Assembly (NCBI GenBank): GCA_010027845.1
Contig: RGUL01000004.1
Span: 1,810-65,809, forward strand
Source of the DNA: Gammaproteobacteria bacterium
GTDB taxonomy: Bacteria; Pseudomonadota; Gammaproteobacteria; Steroidobacterales; Steroidobacteraceae
Direction: 5' to 3'
DNA: 64,000 nt
Part shown: positions 42,823 through 51,929 of the stretch, piece by piece
How the letters are laid out: every line of letters starts with the position of its first letter
How positions within the stretch are numbered: position 1 is the first letter of the stretch
Notes under the pieces: generated by a model
The model's input: the letters and a program-made list of their open reading frames with translations, nothing else
The model's database searches: none
What the model was told of the DNA's origin: nothing
Translations under genes and position numbers: made by a program

Positions 42823-44432
42823 TCAAACTTCCGCTGACCCGCTTGAACGGTCATCGTGCGCGTCTCTTCGACACTCGGATCACGTTGCGCGACGGTACGC
42901 ATGAAATGCCAGCGTCCCTCGGCTTGTGTCGGGCGGAGAATCAAACTCACGTAGCCGCGACGAGCGAGCTCGGTGTACGCGAGGCCAGGGTTTGCGCCTC
43001 GCATCACGGCCGCGAACTCGTCTCGCGAAATTTGCGGTGCAAACTTTTCGTAACCCGGTGACGTGACCGAGTGACCTGCAAGTTCGACGCCGGCCGAAGC
43101 CCCGTCGACCGCCAGATTTTGTCCCCACGCGTTGTGACTGTCACCCGAGAGCACCAAGAGATCGGCGTTCGACGACAACGCCGCGCGTAACAGTCGATCG
43201 CGAGCGTCCGGAAAACCACCCCAACTATCGAAGTTGAACGGCACCCCGTTACGAGCGGCGGCGATACCGAGTTGCACGTACTGGCGCATGCTCGCTGGCG
43301 AATCGGGGCGCAGCCATCCGGCGATCTGTTGTGGCATCAAAACCTCGCCCATCACCACTTGCTGCGCGAGTATTTGCCACCGTGTGCCGTTGCGTTTCGA
43401 CTCGAGCAACCCCGCGTGTAGCCAATGTTCTTGCTCGGGACCCATCAAGGTTCGAGCAGGGTCGCGCCATTGCTCGTCGCGGAATTTGCGGACGGCCTTG
43501 TCGACATCGCCGCCGACACGGACGGCGGCGATGAGATCGAGCGGCGCGCTGCGCGCGACCAAGCGAGTTTCGACTTTGAATAAGGTAGCGAGCTGACCGA
43601 TTTGATAACTTGACCAGTAGTCATCCGACACCGGCATCCATTCGCGGTATACCCGTTCGGCGATCGCTTTGCGGGCCGACCAACTGCCCTCGGTATCGCT
43701 CTGATGATTTTCGGCGCCGTCCCGCCAACTGTCGTTCGCAGTTTCGTGATCGTCCCATTGCGCGATCATCGGCATGCGTGCGTGCAGTCGCTGCAGATCG
43801 GGATCGAGGCGATAGCTTGCGTAACGCAGGCGATAGTCTGCCAGGGTTAAAATTTCGTGGGCGGGTTCGATCACTCGGCCATCGATCACGGACTTGGGGT
43901 CTGGATAAACACCGCGCTGATATTCGTACACGTAGTCGCCGACGTGCACGGCGAGATCCAAATCTTCCCGCGCCGCCGCGTGGGCGTAAGCGTTGAAGTA
44001 TCCAAACGGCAAATTGGAGCAGGAAAACAACGCGAGGCCGAATTGGTCGACTGACCCTTCCGGTAGCGTTCGAGTACGGCCGGTACGGCTGATCGAGCCG
44101 TCCGGTGCGATGAAGCGATAAAAGTACCAGCGATTCGGCGATAAACCGGAGACGACAACTTTTGCCGTGTGGTCGCGCTCGGGCGACGCGAGCGCCTCAG
44201 CACCGGCGACGATCTTGCGAAATCGCACGTCTCTCGCAACCTCGACACGAAGCTTGCGTTCGCTGTCCGCGACGAATCTCGTCCACAGCAGCACCGACCG
44301 TGCCGACGGTTCACCACTCGCAACGCCATGCGAAAACCCGCGGTTCGACAATGCGGCGGCGAGCCCCGGAACGGACAACATCCCGACGCCGAGCATCGAG
44401 GCCTGCAACAAATTGCGTCGATCGATCAACAT
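42813..44432 (-). CDS. phoD: Alkaline phosphatase D
   Basis: Tat leader MLIDRRNLLQASMLGVGMLSVPGLAAA. FSHGVASGEPSARSVLLWTR, VGDYVYEY, QWDDHE and SGDSHNAW. Confidence 0.85.
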   Translation of the reverse strand: MLIDRRNLLQASMLGVGMLSVPGLAAALSNRGFSHGVASGEPSARSVLLWTRFVADSERKLRVEVARDVRFRKIVAGAEALASPERDHTAKVVVSGLSPNRWYFYRFIAPDGSISRTGRTRTLPEGSVDQFGLALFSCSNLPFGYFNAYAHAAAREDLDLAVHVGDYVYEYQRGVYPDPKSVIDGRVIEPAHEILTLADYRLRYASYRLDPDLQRLHARMPMIAQWDDHETANDSWRDGAENHQSDTEGSWSARKAIAERVYREWMPVSDDYWSSYQIGQLATLFKVETRLVARSAPLDLIAAVRVGGDVDKAVRKFRDEQWRDPARTLMGPEQEHWLHAGLLESKRNGTRWQILAQQVVMGEVLMPQQIAGWLRPDSPASMRQYVQLGIAAARNGVPFNFDSWGGFPDARDRLLRAALSSNADLLVLSGDSHNAWGQNLAVDGASAGVELAGHSVTSPGYEKFAPQISRDEFAAVMRGANPGLAYTELARRGYVSLILRPTQAEGRWHFMRTVAQRDPSVEETRTMTVQAGQRKFDQG

Positions 44433-44485
44433 CTTTGTTCTCCGCTAGTTTTCGTATGAACGTAACAAAAGTATCGCTCGGGTCA

Positions 44486-44503
44486 ATGACATGGTGGTGA
44501 CAT
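44486..44503 (-). promoter_or_regulatory. Pho box upstream of phoD
   Basis: Minus strand reads ATGTCAC-cacc-ATGTCAT (7+4+7), then exactly 10 nt, then GATACT (44475-44470). GGAG lies 8 nt before the phoD ATG. This is the same layout as E. coli PhoB-activated promoters. Confidence 0.5.
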
Positions 44504-44509
44504 CTCGAA

Positions 44510-44554
44510 CTGTCACGCAAGCTAAATCTCCGTGTCACAACCCGCGCATAACAT
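44510..44554 (+). promoter_or_regulatory. Pho-box-like array plus -10 element upstream of the TonB receptor operon
   Basis: CTGTCAC-gcaa-GCTAAAT-ctcc-GTGTCAC with an 11-bp phase, then 10 nt, then TAACAT (44549-44554). Confidence 0.4.
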
Positions 44555-44584
44555 GCCGGCCCTCTGATGGGAGGGTCAACTTCA

Positions 44585-47032
44585 ATGCGATGCAAAACTG
44601 TTTTACTACTAATGACAATTCTGGCGGCAACTGCCACGCACGCTGACGAGCCCGCAAAGGCGACAAATAGGGACGATGGTCTCGAACTCGTCACGATCAC
44701 CGGCACGCGGGTTGCGCCACGCTCGGCGATCGAAAGCTTAGAGCCGATCGACGTCATCTCGAAAGATGCGATCGACCAAACCGGTTCGGCCGAACTGGTC
44801 GAGACGTTGGCGAGCCTCGTGCCCGCGTTCAGTGTTCAGACCCTTCCGGCATTGGATGCCACGATATTCGTCCGTCCGGCGCGACTAAGAAATTTGTCGC
44901 CGGATCAAACGTTGGTGCTGCTCAACGGTAAGCGTATGCACCGCTCTGCGATGATGATGAACCCGAGTTACGGCAGCGCCTTCCAAGCGCCCGATCTCGA
45001 TCAAGTGCCCAACTCGGCGTTGAAAACCGTCGACGTGTTGCGCGAGGGCGCAGCAGCACAATATGGCTCCGATGCGATCGCCGGCGTCATCAATCTTAAC
45101 CTCGATGATAGTCCAGGCTTTCGTGCCTTTGCCCAGTATGGCTCTCAGTTCAAGGGCGACGGTGCCGGACCGCGCGCGGGGCTGCGCGCAGGCGTCAAGT
45201 CCGATGAGAGTTTCGCGGCGGTGACGCTGGAATATTCTGACGCCGGCTACACCTCCCGATCGGTTCAGTCGACGAATGCCGCAGCCTCGCAAGCCGCATT
45301 TCCGTCGCTGTCTTTTCCGAATCCGGACGTCAACTGGGGCAAACCTTCGCGGCAAGCGACCCGACTTTCTTTGACGAGCGGGATGACTATCGGTGATGCG
45401 TCGTTGTACGCCTTCGGTACTTACGGCTCGGGCAAGGGGGTCGGCGATTTCAACTATCGCGGACCAGTCGGGAACTACGCGAGTCTGTTCAAACCCACCA
45501 CCGCGTTCCCCGGCTGGACCTTGCTCAGCGTCTATCCGGCTGGTTTCACGCCACATTTTGGTAGCAAAGACGAAGATATGAGTTTGGTCGTCGGTGCCAA
45601 AGGCGCGTTGGGCGACGTGAAGCTCGATCTGAGTGTCGGCACGGGTAACAACCGTATCAACTACGTCATGACTAATTCGATCAATGCCTCACTCGGCCCG
45701 AAGAGCCCGACGTCTTTCGATGACGGTACCGTTAAACAAGACGAGATGAACATTAACCTCGACGGCTCTCTACCGCTGACTGCCAGCGAGAATGCCGCAG
45801 TCTTGGCGTTCGGCGCCGAATATCGTCGCGAAAAATTCACGATACAACCTGGTGAAGAAGCCTCGTACACATTCGGCCCGGGCGCATACGGAACGCCGGC
45901 GCTCTCTTGCTGCTCGAGCGGCTTCCCGGGTTACGCGCCAGTAAACGCCGGTACGTGGTCCCAACGCAGCGAGGCGGCTTATGTCAATCTCTTTTCTAGG
46001 GTCACCAACGCTTGGAGCGTCGATGCCGCGGCACGTTACGAAAATTTTTCGACCTTCGGAAATTCTTTGACCTTCAAGTTATCGAATCGCCTCGAGCTCA
46101 CCGAGGGATTTGCGCTGCGTGGGACGATATCGAGCGGCTTCCGCGCGCCGACGCCAGCGCAAACATACAGCGAGGGCCTTTCGCAGTTCTTGCCAAGCGC
46201 TGCCGCATCGATCACGACCACAGGCCGCTTCAGCCCGATCGGTCCGGTCGCAGCGTTGTTAAATCAAAGACCGGGCGTCAATATCAAGCCGCTGCAAGCC
46301 GAAAAGTCACGGAACTATTCGCTCGGCGCCACTTGGGATGCTGGTAACGGCTTTCAGTCGACCGTCGACTTGTATCGCATCGATATCCGGAACCGCTTGA
46401 ACACCAGCACCTCGTACGTGCTCACCGCCGCCGAGAATACCGCTCTGACGGCACTCAAAATTCCGAATCTCCAAAACATCTACTCCGCGAACTTCCTGCA
46501 AAACGATTACGACACTCAAACCCAAGGGGTCGACTTCGTAGCTAGCTACGGCGCTATGGTCGGTAGCGGACGCCTGACGGTGACCGGGGCCATCAGCGTG
46601 ATCGATACCGAGATCACCGGAGGGTCACGCGCACTGAACCCGTACGCAAAGAAGATGACGGAAGATTCCTTACCCAAGCAACGGGCGACGGTCAGCGCCG
46701 CCTATAAATTCGACCGATTCGAGGTCACGCTGCGTGGTCGCCATTACGGCGAATGGTCGGATTGGACCGACACGTTTCCGAACTCCGCAGCGCCGGGCGC
46801 AACCTATCCGACCTTCGCGCCGCAAGTTTTCAGCGCGGTCAATTTTCTCGACCTAGTCGTAAATGTCGATTTACTGGAGCGTACAAAACTGCGCATCGGC
46901 GGCGAGAACATCCTCGATCGATATCCGGACAAGGCCAAGTGGCAAACCTTCCGCGGTCTCGTCTACTCTCGCAACTCTCCCTACAGCACGGACGGCGGGT
47001 ACTACTATGCGAGAGTCGAGTTTTCTTTCTGA
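44585..47032 (+). CDS. TonB-dependent receptor
   Basis: Start moved to ATG 44585 (MRCKTVLLLMTILAATATHA). LELVTITGTRV plug start. C-terminal YYYARVEFSF. Confidence 0.9.
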   Translation: MRCKTVLLLMTILAATATHADEPAKATNRDDGLELVTITGTRVAPRSAIESLEPIDVISKDAIDQTGSAELVETLASLVPAFSVQTLPALDATIFVRPARLRNLSPDQTLVLLNGKRMHRSAMMMNPSYGSAFQAPDLDQVPNSALKTVDVLREGAAAQYGSDAIAGVINLNLDDSPGFRAFAQYGSQFKGDGAGPRAGLRAGVKSDESFAAVTLEYSDAGYTSRSVQSTNAAASQAAFPSLSFPNPDVNWGKPSRQATRLSLTSGMTIGDASLYAFGTYGSGKGVGDFNYRGPVGNYASLFKPTTAFPGWTLLSVYPAGFTPHFGSKDEDMSLVVGAKGALGDVKLDLSVGTGNNRINYVMTNSINASLGPKSPTSFDDGTVKQDEMNINLDGSLPLTASENAAVLAFGAEYRREKFTIQPGEEASYTFGPGAYGTPALSCCSSGFPGYAPVNAGTWSQRSEAAYVNLFSRVTNAWSVDAAARYENFSTFGNSLTFKLSNRLELTEGFALRGTISSGFRAPTPAQTYSEGLSQFLPSAAASITTTGRFSPIGPVAALLNQRPGVNIKPLQAEKSRNYSLGATWDAGNGFQSTVDLYRIDIRNRLNTSTSYVLTAAENTALTALKIPNLQNIYSANFLQNDYDTQTQGVDFVASYGAMVGSGRLTVTGAISVIDTEITGGSRALNPYAKKMTEDSLPKQRATVSAAYKFDRFEVTLRGRHYGEWSDWTDTFPNSAAPGATYPTFAPQVFSAVNFLDLVVNVDLLERTKLRIGGENILDRYPDKAKWQTFRGLVYSRNSPYSTDGGYYYARVEFSF

Positions 47033-47044
47033 GTTCTTCGATTC

Positions 47045-48316
47045 GTGAGCCGCACGACGCGGCGTGAAATCCTAGCCGGAGGCTTGCTGCTCGGGGCAGC
47101 CTCCGGCTCGTTCGCGGCAACGACCCGCGGGTTACGCGGTGACGCGGTGGCGGCGGACGATGAGCGATATTGGCAATCGGTCGGCCAGTTCTACGACACT
47201 CCCAAAGATTTCATCAACCTCGAATACGGTAATTTCGGTCCGGTCGCTCTGCCGGTTATGGCCGCCTACCAGGGGCACCTGCGGGAAGTGAATCGCGCTG
47301 GAGCCTTTTATGCGCGACGGCAATTTCCGGAAGACACGAATCGATTGCGCAGCCGTGTCGCGGACCGACTTCGAGTCGACCTCGCAGAACTGACGTTCAC
47401 ACGGGGAGCAACCGAGGCCTTGCAGGCCCTGATAAGCGGCTATCGACATCTGAAGTCGGGCGATGCGGTGCTGTACGCGGACGTCGATTACGACGCTATG
47501 CAAGCGACGATGCGATGGTTGACCGACCGTCGCGGTGTCGAATCGATCAAGCTTGACTTACCTCTGCCGGCGACACGTCAAAACTTGATCGATGCGTACG
47601 AGCGAGGTTTGCTCGCGCATCCGAACGTGCGTTTGCTGTTATTGACGCACGTGAGCCATCGTCACGGTCTCGTGTTACCGATCAAAGAACTCGCCGCACT
47701 TGCCCGTCGTCACGGGGTCGTCACGGTATTGGACGCTGCGCACGCCTGGGGACAGATCCCTCTCGACCTTCACGACCTAGGTGTCGATTGCGCCGGCCTC
47801 AATGCGCATAAATGGATCGGAGCGCCACTCGGCGTCGGGCTGATTTGGATTCGTCGCGAGCGTATCGTCGATTTCGAGCCATACATGGGAACACACGATT
47901 TCCCGACCCACGATGATGTTCGTGATCGCGTGCACACGGGAACGAGCAATTTCGCCGCCTTACTCGCACTGGACGAGGCGCTCGCATTCCACGAAGCGCT
48001 CGGCCCTGCCGCTAAAATCGCTCGCCTATCCTATTTGCGCAATCGATGGATGGATCGCCTGCGTGAAGTGGATCGTGTCGAACTCATCACCCCTAGCGAC
48101 CTTGAGCTCGCCGGCGCAATCGGAGCCTTTCGCCTCAAGGGAAAATCTTCGACGATGGACAATGTAAACGTCGCGAAAGCGTTGTTCGATCAATACGGCG
48201 TGTTCACCGTGCATCGAACCGGGCTAGCGAGCGGCGCATGTGTGCGCGTCACGCCTCACGTTTTCACATCGATGCAGCATCTCGATCGGTTGGTCGAAGG
48301 AATTTTGAATCTTTAA
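47045..48316 (+). CDS. Class V aminotransferase-fold PLP enzyme with Tat leader
   Basis: GTG start. MSRTTRREILAGGLLLGAASGSFAAT leader. LDAAHAWGQIPLDL...GLNAHKWIGAPLGVGLIW (PLP-Lys). Confidence 0.75.
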   Translation: MSRTTRREILAGGLLLGAASGSFAATTRGLRGDAVAADDERYWQSVGQFYDTPKDFINLEYGNFGPVALPVMAAYQGHLREVNRAGAFYARRQFPEDTNRLRSRVADRLRVDLAELTFTRGATEALQALISGYRHLKSGDAVLYADVDYDAMQATMRWLTDRRGVESIKLDLPLPATRQNLIDAYERGLLAHPNVRLLLLTHVSHRHGLVLPIKELAALARRHGVVTVLDAAHAWGQIPLDLHDLGVDCAGLNAHKWIGAPLGVGLIWIRRERIVDFEPYMGTHDFPTHDDVRDRVHTGTSNFAALLALDEALAFHEALGPAAKIARLSYLRNRWMDRLREVDRVELITPSDLELAGAIGAFRLKGKSSTMDNVNVAKALFDQYGVFTVHRTGLASGACVRVTPHVFTSMQHLDRLVEGILNL

Positions 48317-48350
48317 CTTCGTTGCAATGTAATCCGTGCAACGTTAGCGA

Positions 48351-49400
48351 GTGCGCATTGCACTCGTCACCGATGCATGGGAACCGCAACTGAACGGCGT
48401 CGTTCAAACGCTGCGGCACACCATTAAAGAATTGCGAGTACGCGGTCACGAGGTGCATCGGATCTCGCCGGAGCAATTCCGGACGGTGCCTTGCCCGTCC
48501 TACCCCACGATTCGACTGGCGCTTTGGCAAGACGATGCCGTACGCCGCAAACTCACCAACCTGCAAGCCGAACGCGTGCATATCGCCACCGAAGGACCGT
48601 TGGGTGTGGCAGCACGAAATTGGTGTCTCGATCACCGCCTGCGATTCACGACTTCGTACCACACACAGTTTCCGGAGTATCTGCGTGCGCGCTGGCCGAT
48701 CCCACGCGCCTTGACCTACGCCTACCTCCACTGGTTTCATCTGCCAGCGACTCGGGTCATGGTCGCCACGCCGTCACTCAAAGAGACTCTCGGTAGCCGT
48801 GGTTTTCGTCGACTCGCGCTTTGGAGTCGCGGTGTCGACACGTCTTTGTTTCGACCGATTACCGCGCGACCGAGCACCGGTCGACCGACTTTCGTCTATC
48901 TCGGACGAGTATCGGTGGAGAAAAACGTCGAGGCGTTTTTGTCGTTGGATTTGCCCGGTCACAAGCTAGTGATCGGCGACGGCCCAGCCCTCGCGGCGTT
49001 AAAAACCAAATATCCACAGGTGACGTTCGCTGGGGCTCTGCACGGCGAGACTTTGGCAGCCCGTCTTGCCGCGTCCGACGTCTTGGTCTTCCCCAGTCTG
49101 ACCGACACCTTCGGTCTCGTCATGCTAGAAGCGATGGCCTGCGGTGTACCGGTCGCCGCCTTCCCCGTCACCGGCCCGAAGGACGTGGTACTGCCCGGGA
49201 TCACCGGTTGTTTGGACTCAGATCTGCGTCGGGCGGCACTCGACGCACTCGCCCTCGATCGCGAGGATTGTATCGAATTCGCACGTGAGCATTCCTGGAC
49301 GTCCTCGACCAATGAATTCCTAAATCTTTTGACACCCACCGTTCGCGCTTCGCACAAACGGACGACGAGACTCAGCAATGCCGTCACCATCAGTCACTGA
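48351..49400 (+). CDS. GT4-family glycosyltransferase (Agt-like candidate glycolipid synthase)
   Basis: MRIALVTDAWEPQLNGVVQTL N-terminus. C-terminal VFPSLTDTFGLVMLEAMACGVPVAA (the E-x7-E region). Confidence 0.75.
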   Translation: MRIALVTDAWEPQLNGVVQTLRHTIKELRVRGHEVHRISPEQFRTVPCPSYPTIRLALWQDDAVRRKLTNLQAERVHIATEGPLGVAARNWCLDHRLRFTTSYHTQFPEYLRARWPIPRALTYAYLHWFHLPATRVMVATPSLKETLGSRGFRRLALWSRGVDTSLFRPITARPSTGRPTFVYLGRVSVEKNVEAFLSLDLPGHKLVIGDGPALAALKTKYPQVTFAGALHGETLAARLAASDVLVFPSLTDTFGLVMLEAMACGVPVAAFPVTGPKDVVLPGITGCLDSDLRRAALDALALDREDCIEFAREHSWTSSTNEFLNLLTPTVRASHKRTTRLSNAVTISH

Positions 49401-51249
49401 GCGCCGCCACAGCCCGCTGTTGCCACGGCCGAAACCCGTGCCACCGTGGTTGTGGCAACAATTCGGCCGGATCACGGGCATCGACCGGCTTGAACGACTC
49501 TATCGCCAATTACCAGCCGCTGCCGAAGGCCTAGCGTTCATCGACGCGGCGTTGTCGGCGTTGGATGTTGATTGGACGTTACCAGCGGACGAGGCCGCGC
49601 GAATCCCGCGTCATGGACCGATCGTCATCGCAGCCAATCATCCCTATGGTGGCATCGACGGACTGGCGACGATCGCTGCGCTGCTGCGCTTCCGTCCGGA
49701 TCTGAGAGTCGTAGCAACGCAGGGGCTGGGCGAGATCGAAGCGCTCAAGAGGACGCTGATCGCGGTCGACAACTTCGGCAGTAAAGAGGCTGCGCAAAAA
49801 AATATTTTGGCGGTTCGTCGAGCGCTGCGACACGTGTGGAGTGGCGGCGCGCTGCTAATGTTTCCTGCGGGTGAGGTCGCGCACCTAGATCTCAATCATC
49901 GCTGCGTCGTCGATCCACCTTGGAAGCGCTCGGCGTTGAGTTTGCTGAGGTTGGCCAAGGCACCCGTTCTGCCTTTGTACGTACACGGCAGTAACGGCAT
50001 GGGCTTTCAACTCGCGGGCTTACTACATCCGTCGCTGCGTACGCTGTTGCTGCCGCGAGAGGTCACTAACAAGCGCGGCACTCGACTCGACTTGCGACTC
50101 GGCACCGCTGTCACCGCCGAACGGATCGGGGCGATCGAACACCACGCCGATCTTGAGCGCTTGCTGAGAATTCGACTGTATTCCCTCGCTGCGCCGCGGC
50201 CCGACGAACGGCGTACGTGCTTGCCCGCGCACGACACGACACTCGAAGAGCCCATTGCGCCGCAGGGCGATCCGCAAGAAATCGCCGACGAAATCGGCTC
50301 GCTGCCCAGTTCGTGCAAATTGACCGAGCTAGGACCGTTACATGTTTATGCAGTCGTCGGCCATCGTATTCCACGAATACTCGCCGAGATCGGTCGCTTG
50401 CGCGAGATCACTTTTCGCTCGGTCGGCGAAGGCACTGGCCGCGCACGCGATCTCGATCGCTTCGATCATTACTATGAACATCTATTCGCTTGGGACACCC
50501 GTAAAAACCAATTGGTGGGTGCATATCGAATGGCTCGAATCGATCAGGTTCGGCGGCAATATGGGCGTAAAGCGTTGTATCTCAGCACGCTGTTCGAAAT
50601 CAGCGAGCCGTTCTTCGGTCTGTTAGGACCAGCACTGGAGCTCGGCCGCTCGTTCGTTCGAGCGGAATACCAACGTGGTTTGACGCCCTTGATGGCACTT
50701 TGGGCTGGCATCGCAGAATTCGTGTCGCGTCACCCACGGTACGCGAAGTTACTCGGGCCGGTCAGCATCAGCGCCGATTACGACCAAAGCTCAAGAGAGC
50801 TGCTCGTGCGCTATCTTCGGTGGCATCATTTCGATCCGCTACTCGGTGCACTACTCAAGCCCCGCACGCCCTTCCGGCCGGCAGGCTCACTCGGCTCACT
50901 GAACCGTGAGCTCGCGACGCTCGCGAGGATCGACGATCTCGCGAAATATTGGCCAGACGAGCACCAAGGTCGCGCGCGGGCAGTGCCCGTGTTGCTACGC
51001 CAATATTTGAAGTTGGGTGGCCGTGTGGTCGGTTTCAATGTCGATCCGGCGTTCGGCAATTGCCTAGATTGCTTAACGATCGTCGACCTGCGTCGCACTC
51101 CGGACGAAGTACTCGGAAAATACATGGCACCCGAGTCGCTATCACGATTCCGTAATCATGCCGCCGGACGCACGATCCGACAGTCGTCTGCTTCGATCTC
51201 CCCGGTCTCGAGACCGAAAGTTACACTGCCTTCGACCGAAACGGGTTGA
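49378..51249 (+). CDS. Bifunctional acyltransferase: PlsC/OlsA-like O-acyltransferase + OlsB-like GNAT N-acyltransferase (OlsF-like)
   Basis: The N-terminal half has IAANHPYGGIDG and MFPAGEVAH. The C-terminal half has EIGRLREITFRSVGEGTG...DRFDHYYEHLFAWD...LVGAYRM, typical of OlsB/hemolysin-like N-acyltransferases. Confidence 0.6.
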   Translation: MPSPSVTERRHSPLLPRPKPVPPWLWQQFGRITGIDRLERLYRQLPAAAEGLAFIDAALSALDVDWTLPADEAARIPRHGPIVIAANHPYGGIDGLATIAALLRFRPDLRVVATQGLGEIEALKRTLIAVDNFGSKEAAQKNILAVRRALRHVWSGGALLMFPAGEVAHLDLNHRCVVDPPWKRSALSLLRLAKAPVLPLYVHGSNGMGFQLAGLLHPSLRTLLLPREVTNKRGTRLDLRLGTAVTAERIGAIEHHADLERLLRIRLYSLAAPRPDERRTCLPAHDTTLEEPIAPQGDPQEIADEIGSLPSSCKLTELGPLHVYAVVGHRIPRILAEIGRLREITFRSVGEGTGRARDLDRFDHYYEHLFAWDTRKNQLVGAYRMARIDQVRRQYGRKALYLSTLFEISEPFFGLLGPALELGRSFVRAEYQRGLTPLMALWAGIAEFVSRHPRYAKLLGPVSISADYDQSSRELLVRYLRWHHFDPLLGALLKPRTPFRPAGSLGSLNRELATLARIDDLAKYWPDEHQGRARAVPVLLRQYLKLGGRVVGFNVDPAFGNCLDCLTIVDLRRTPDEVLGKYMAPESLSRFRNHAAGRTIRQSSASISPVSRPKVTLPSTETG

Positions 51250-51926
51250 CGCGCCGTTCCGTCTTGCAGCGGCAGCATACCGGTCAAACTCGACAGTTTG
51301 CCTTCCGGCGCAAAGATCATCGTAGTGGTCGGTACGAACGGCCGCATCAGTGGTGATGATGCCTCCACCTTTACTCTGATGCTGCCGTCCGTACCGTAGT
51401 CCATTGGTCGCGCCCGTAGGCCCAAGATTAAGGCGTGATCGACGACCAAAAATTCGAAGTCGAGCGCCGCGCCACGACGCAGGCTCGCAAGGTTGTCGTG
51501 CAGGTAAACGGCTAACGCAGGTCCGACCAACACGTCTTTCCGCACACCGAGCAATCGTTTGTGTTGCGGCGGCTTACCGTCGCCGCGTTGCGCAACTAGG
51601 TCGATCGTATCGCCATGACGCCGCGCCTCGAACGATGCAGCCAGGTTGTCGCGAGTCAGCCGATAGAGCGACCAATTCGACCCGTCAGCGACCAACTCTT
51701 CGGTCGCGATCAATCCATGACTCGGCATGCGCCACTCCAAAGTGACCATGCGGGCACAACGACGAGCGATCGCGACGAGGCTCGCACCTCGCCTGTCCGA
51801 TGAGGTGGCGACGCCATTTGCCTGTGTTTTCGCCGCGGCGAAGCCGCTCGAGTTCGCGGTCAAAAGAGATACGGCCACGGTACACACCGCGATCCAGGAT
51901 TGAGAGCAGTCGAATCTCGAACGCAT
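51156..51926 (-). CDS. Hypothetical secreted protein
   Basis: Signal-peptide-like N-terminus. Its start lies 4 nt after the plcP-like stop. Its 3' end overlaps the convergent acyltransferase gene by 94 nt. Confidence 0.4.
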   Translation of the reverse strand: MRSRFDCSQSWIAVCTVAVSLLTANSSGFAAAKTQANGVATSSDRRGASLVAIARRCARMVTLEWRMPSHGLIATEELVADGSNWSLYRLTRDNLAASFEARRHGDTIDLVAQRGDGKPPQHKRLLGVRKDVLVGPALAVYLHDNLASLRRGAALDFEFLVVDHALILGLRARPMDYGTDGSIRVKVEASSPLMRPFVPTTTMIFAPEGKLSSLTGMLPLQDGTARQPVSVEGSVTFGLETGEIEADDCRIVRPAA

Positions 51927-51929
51927 CGC

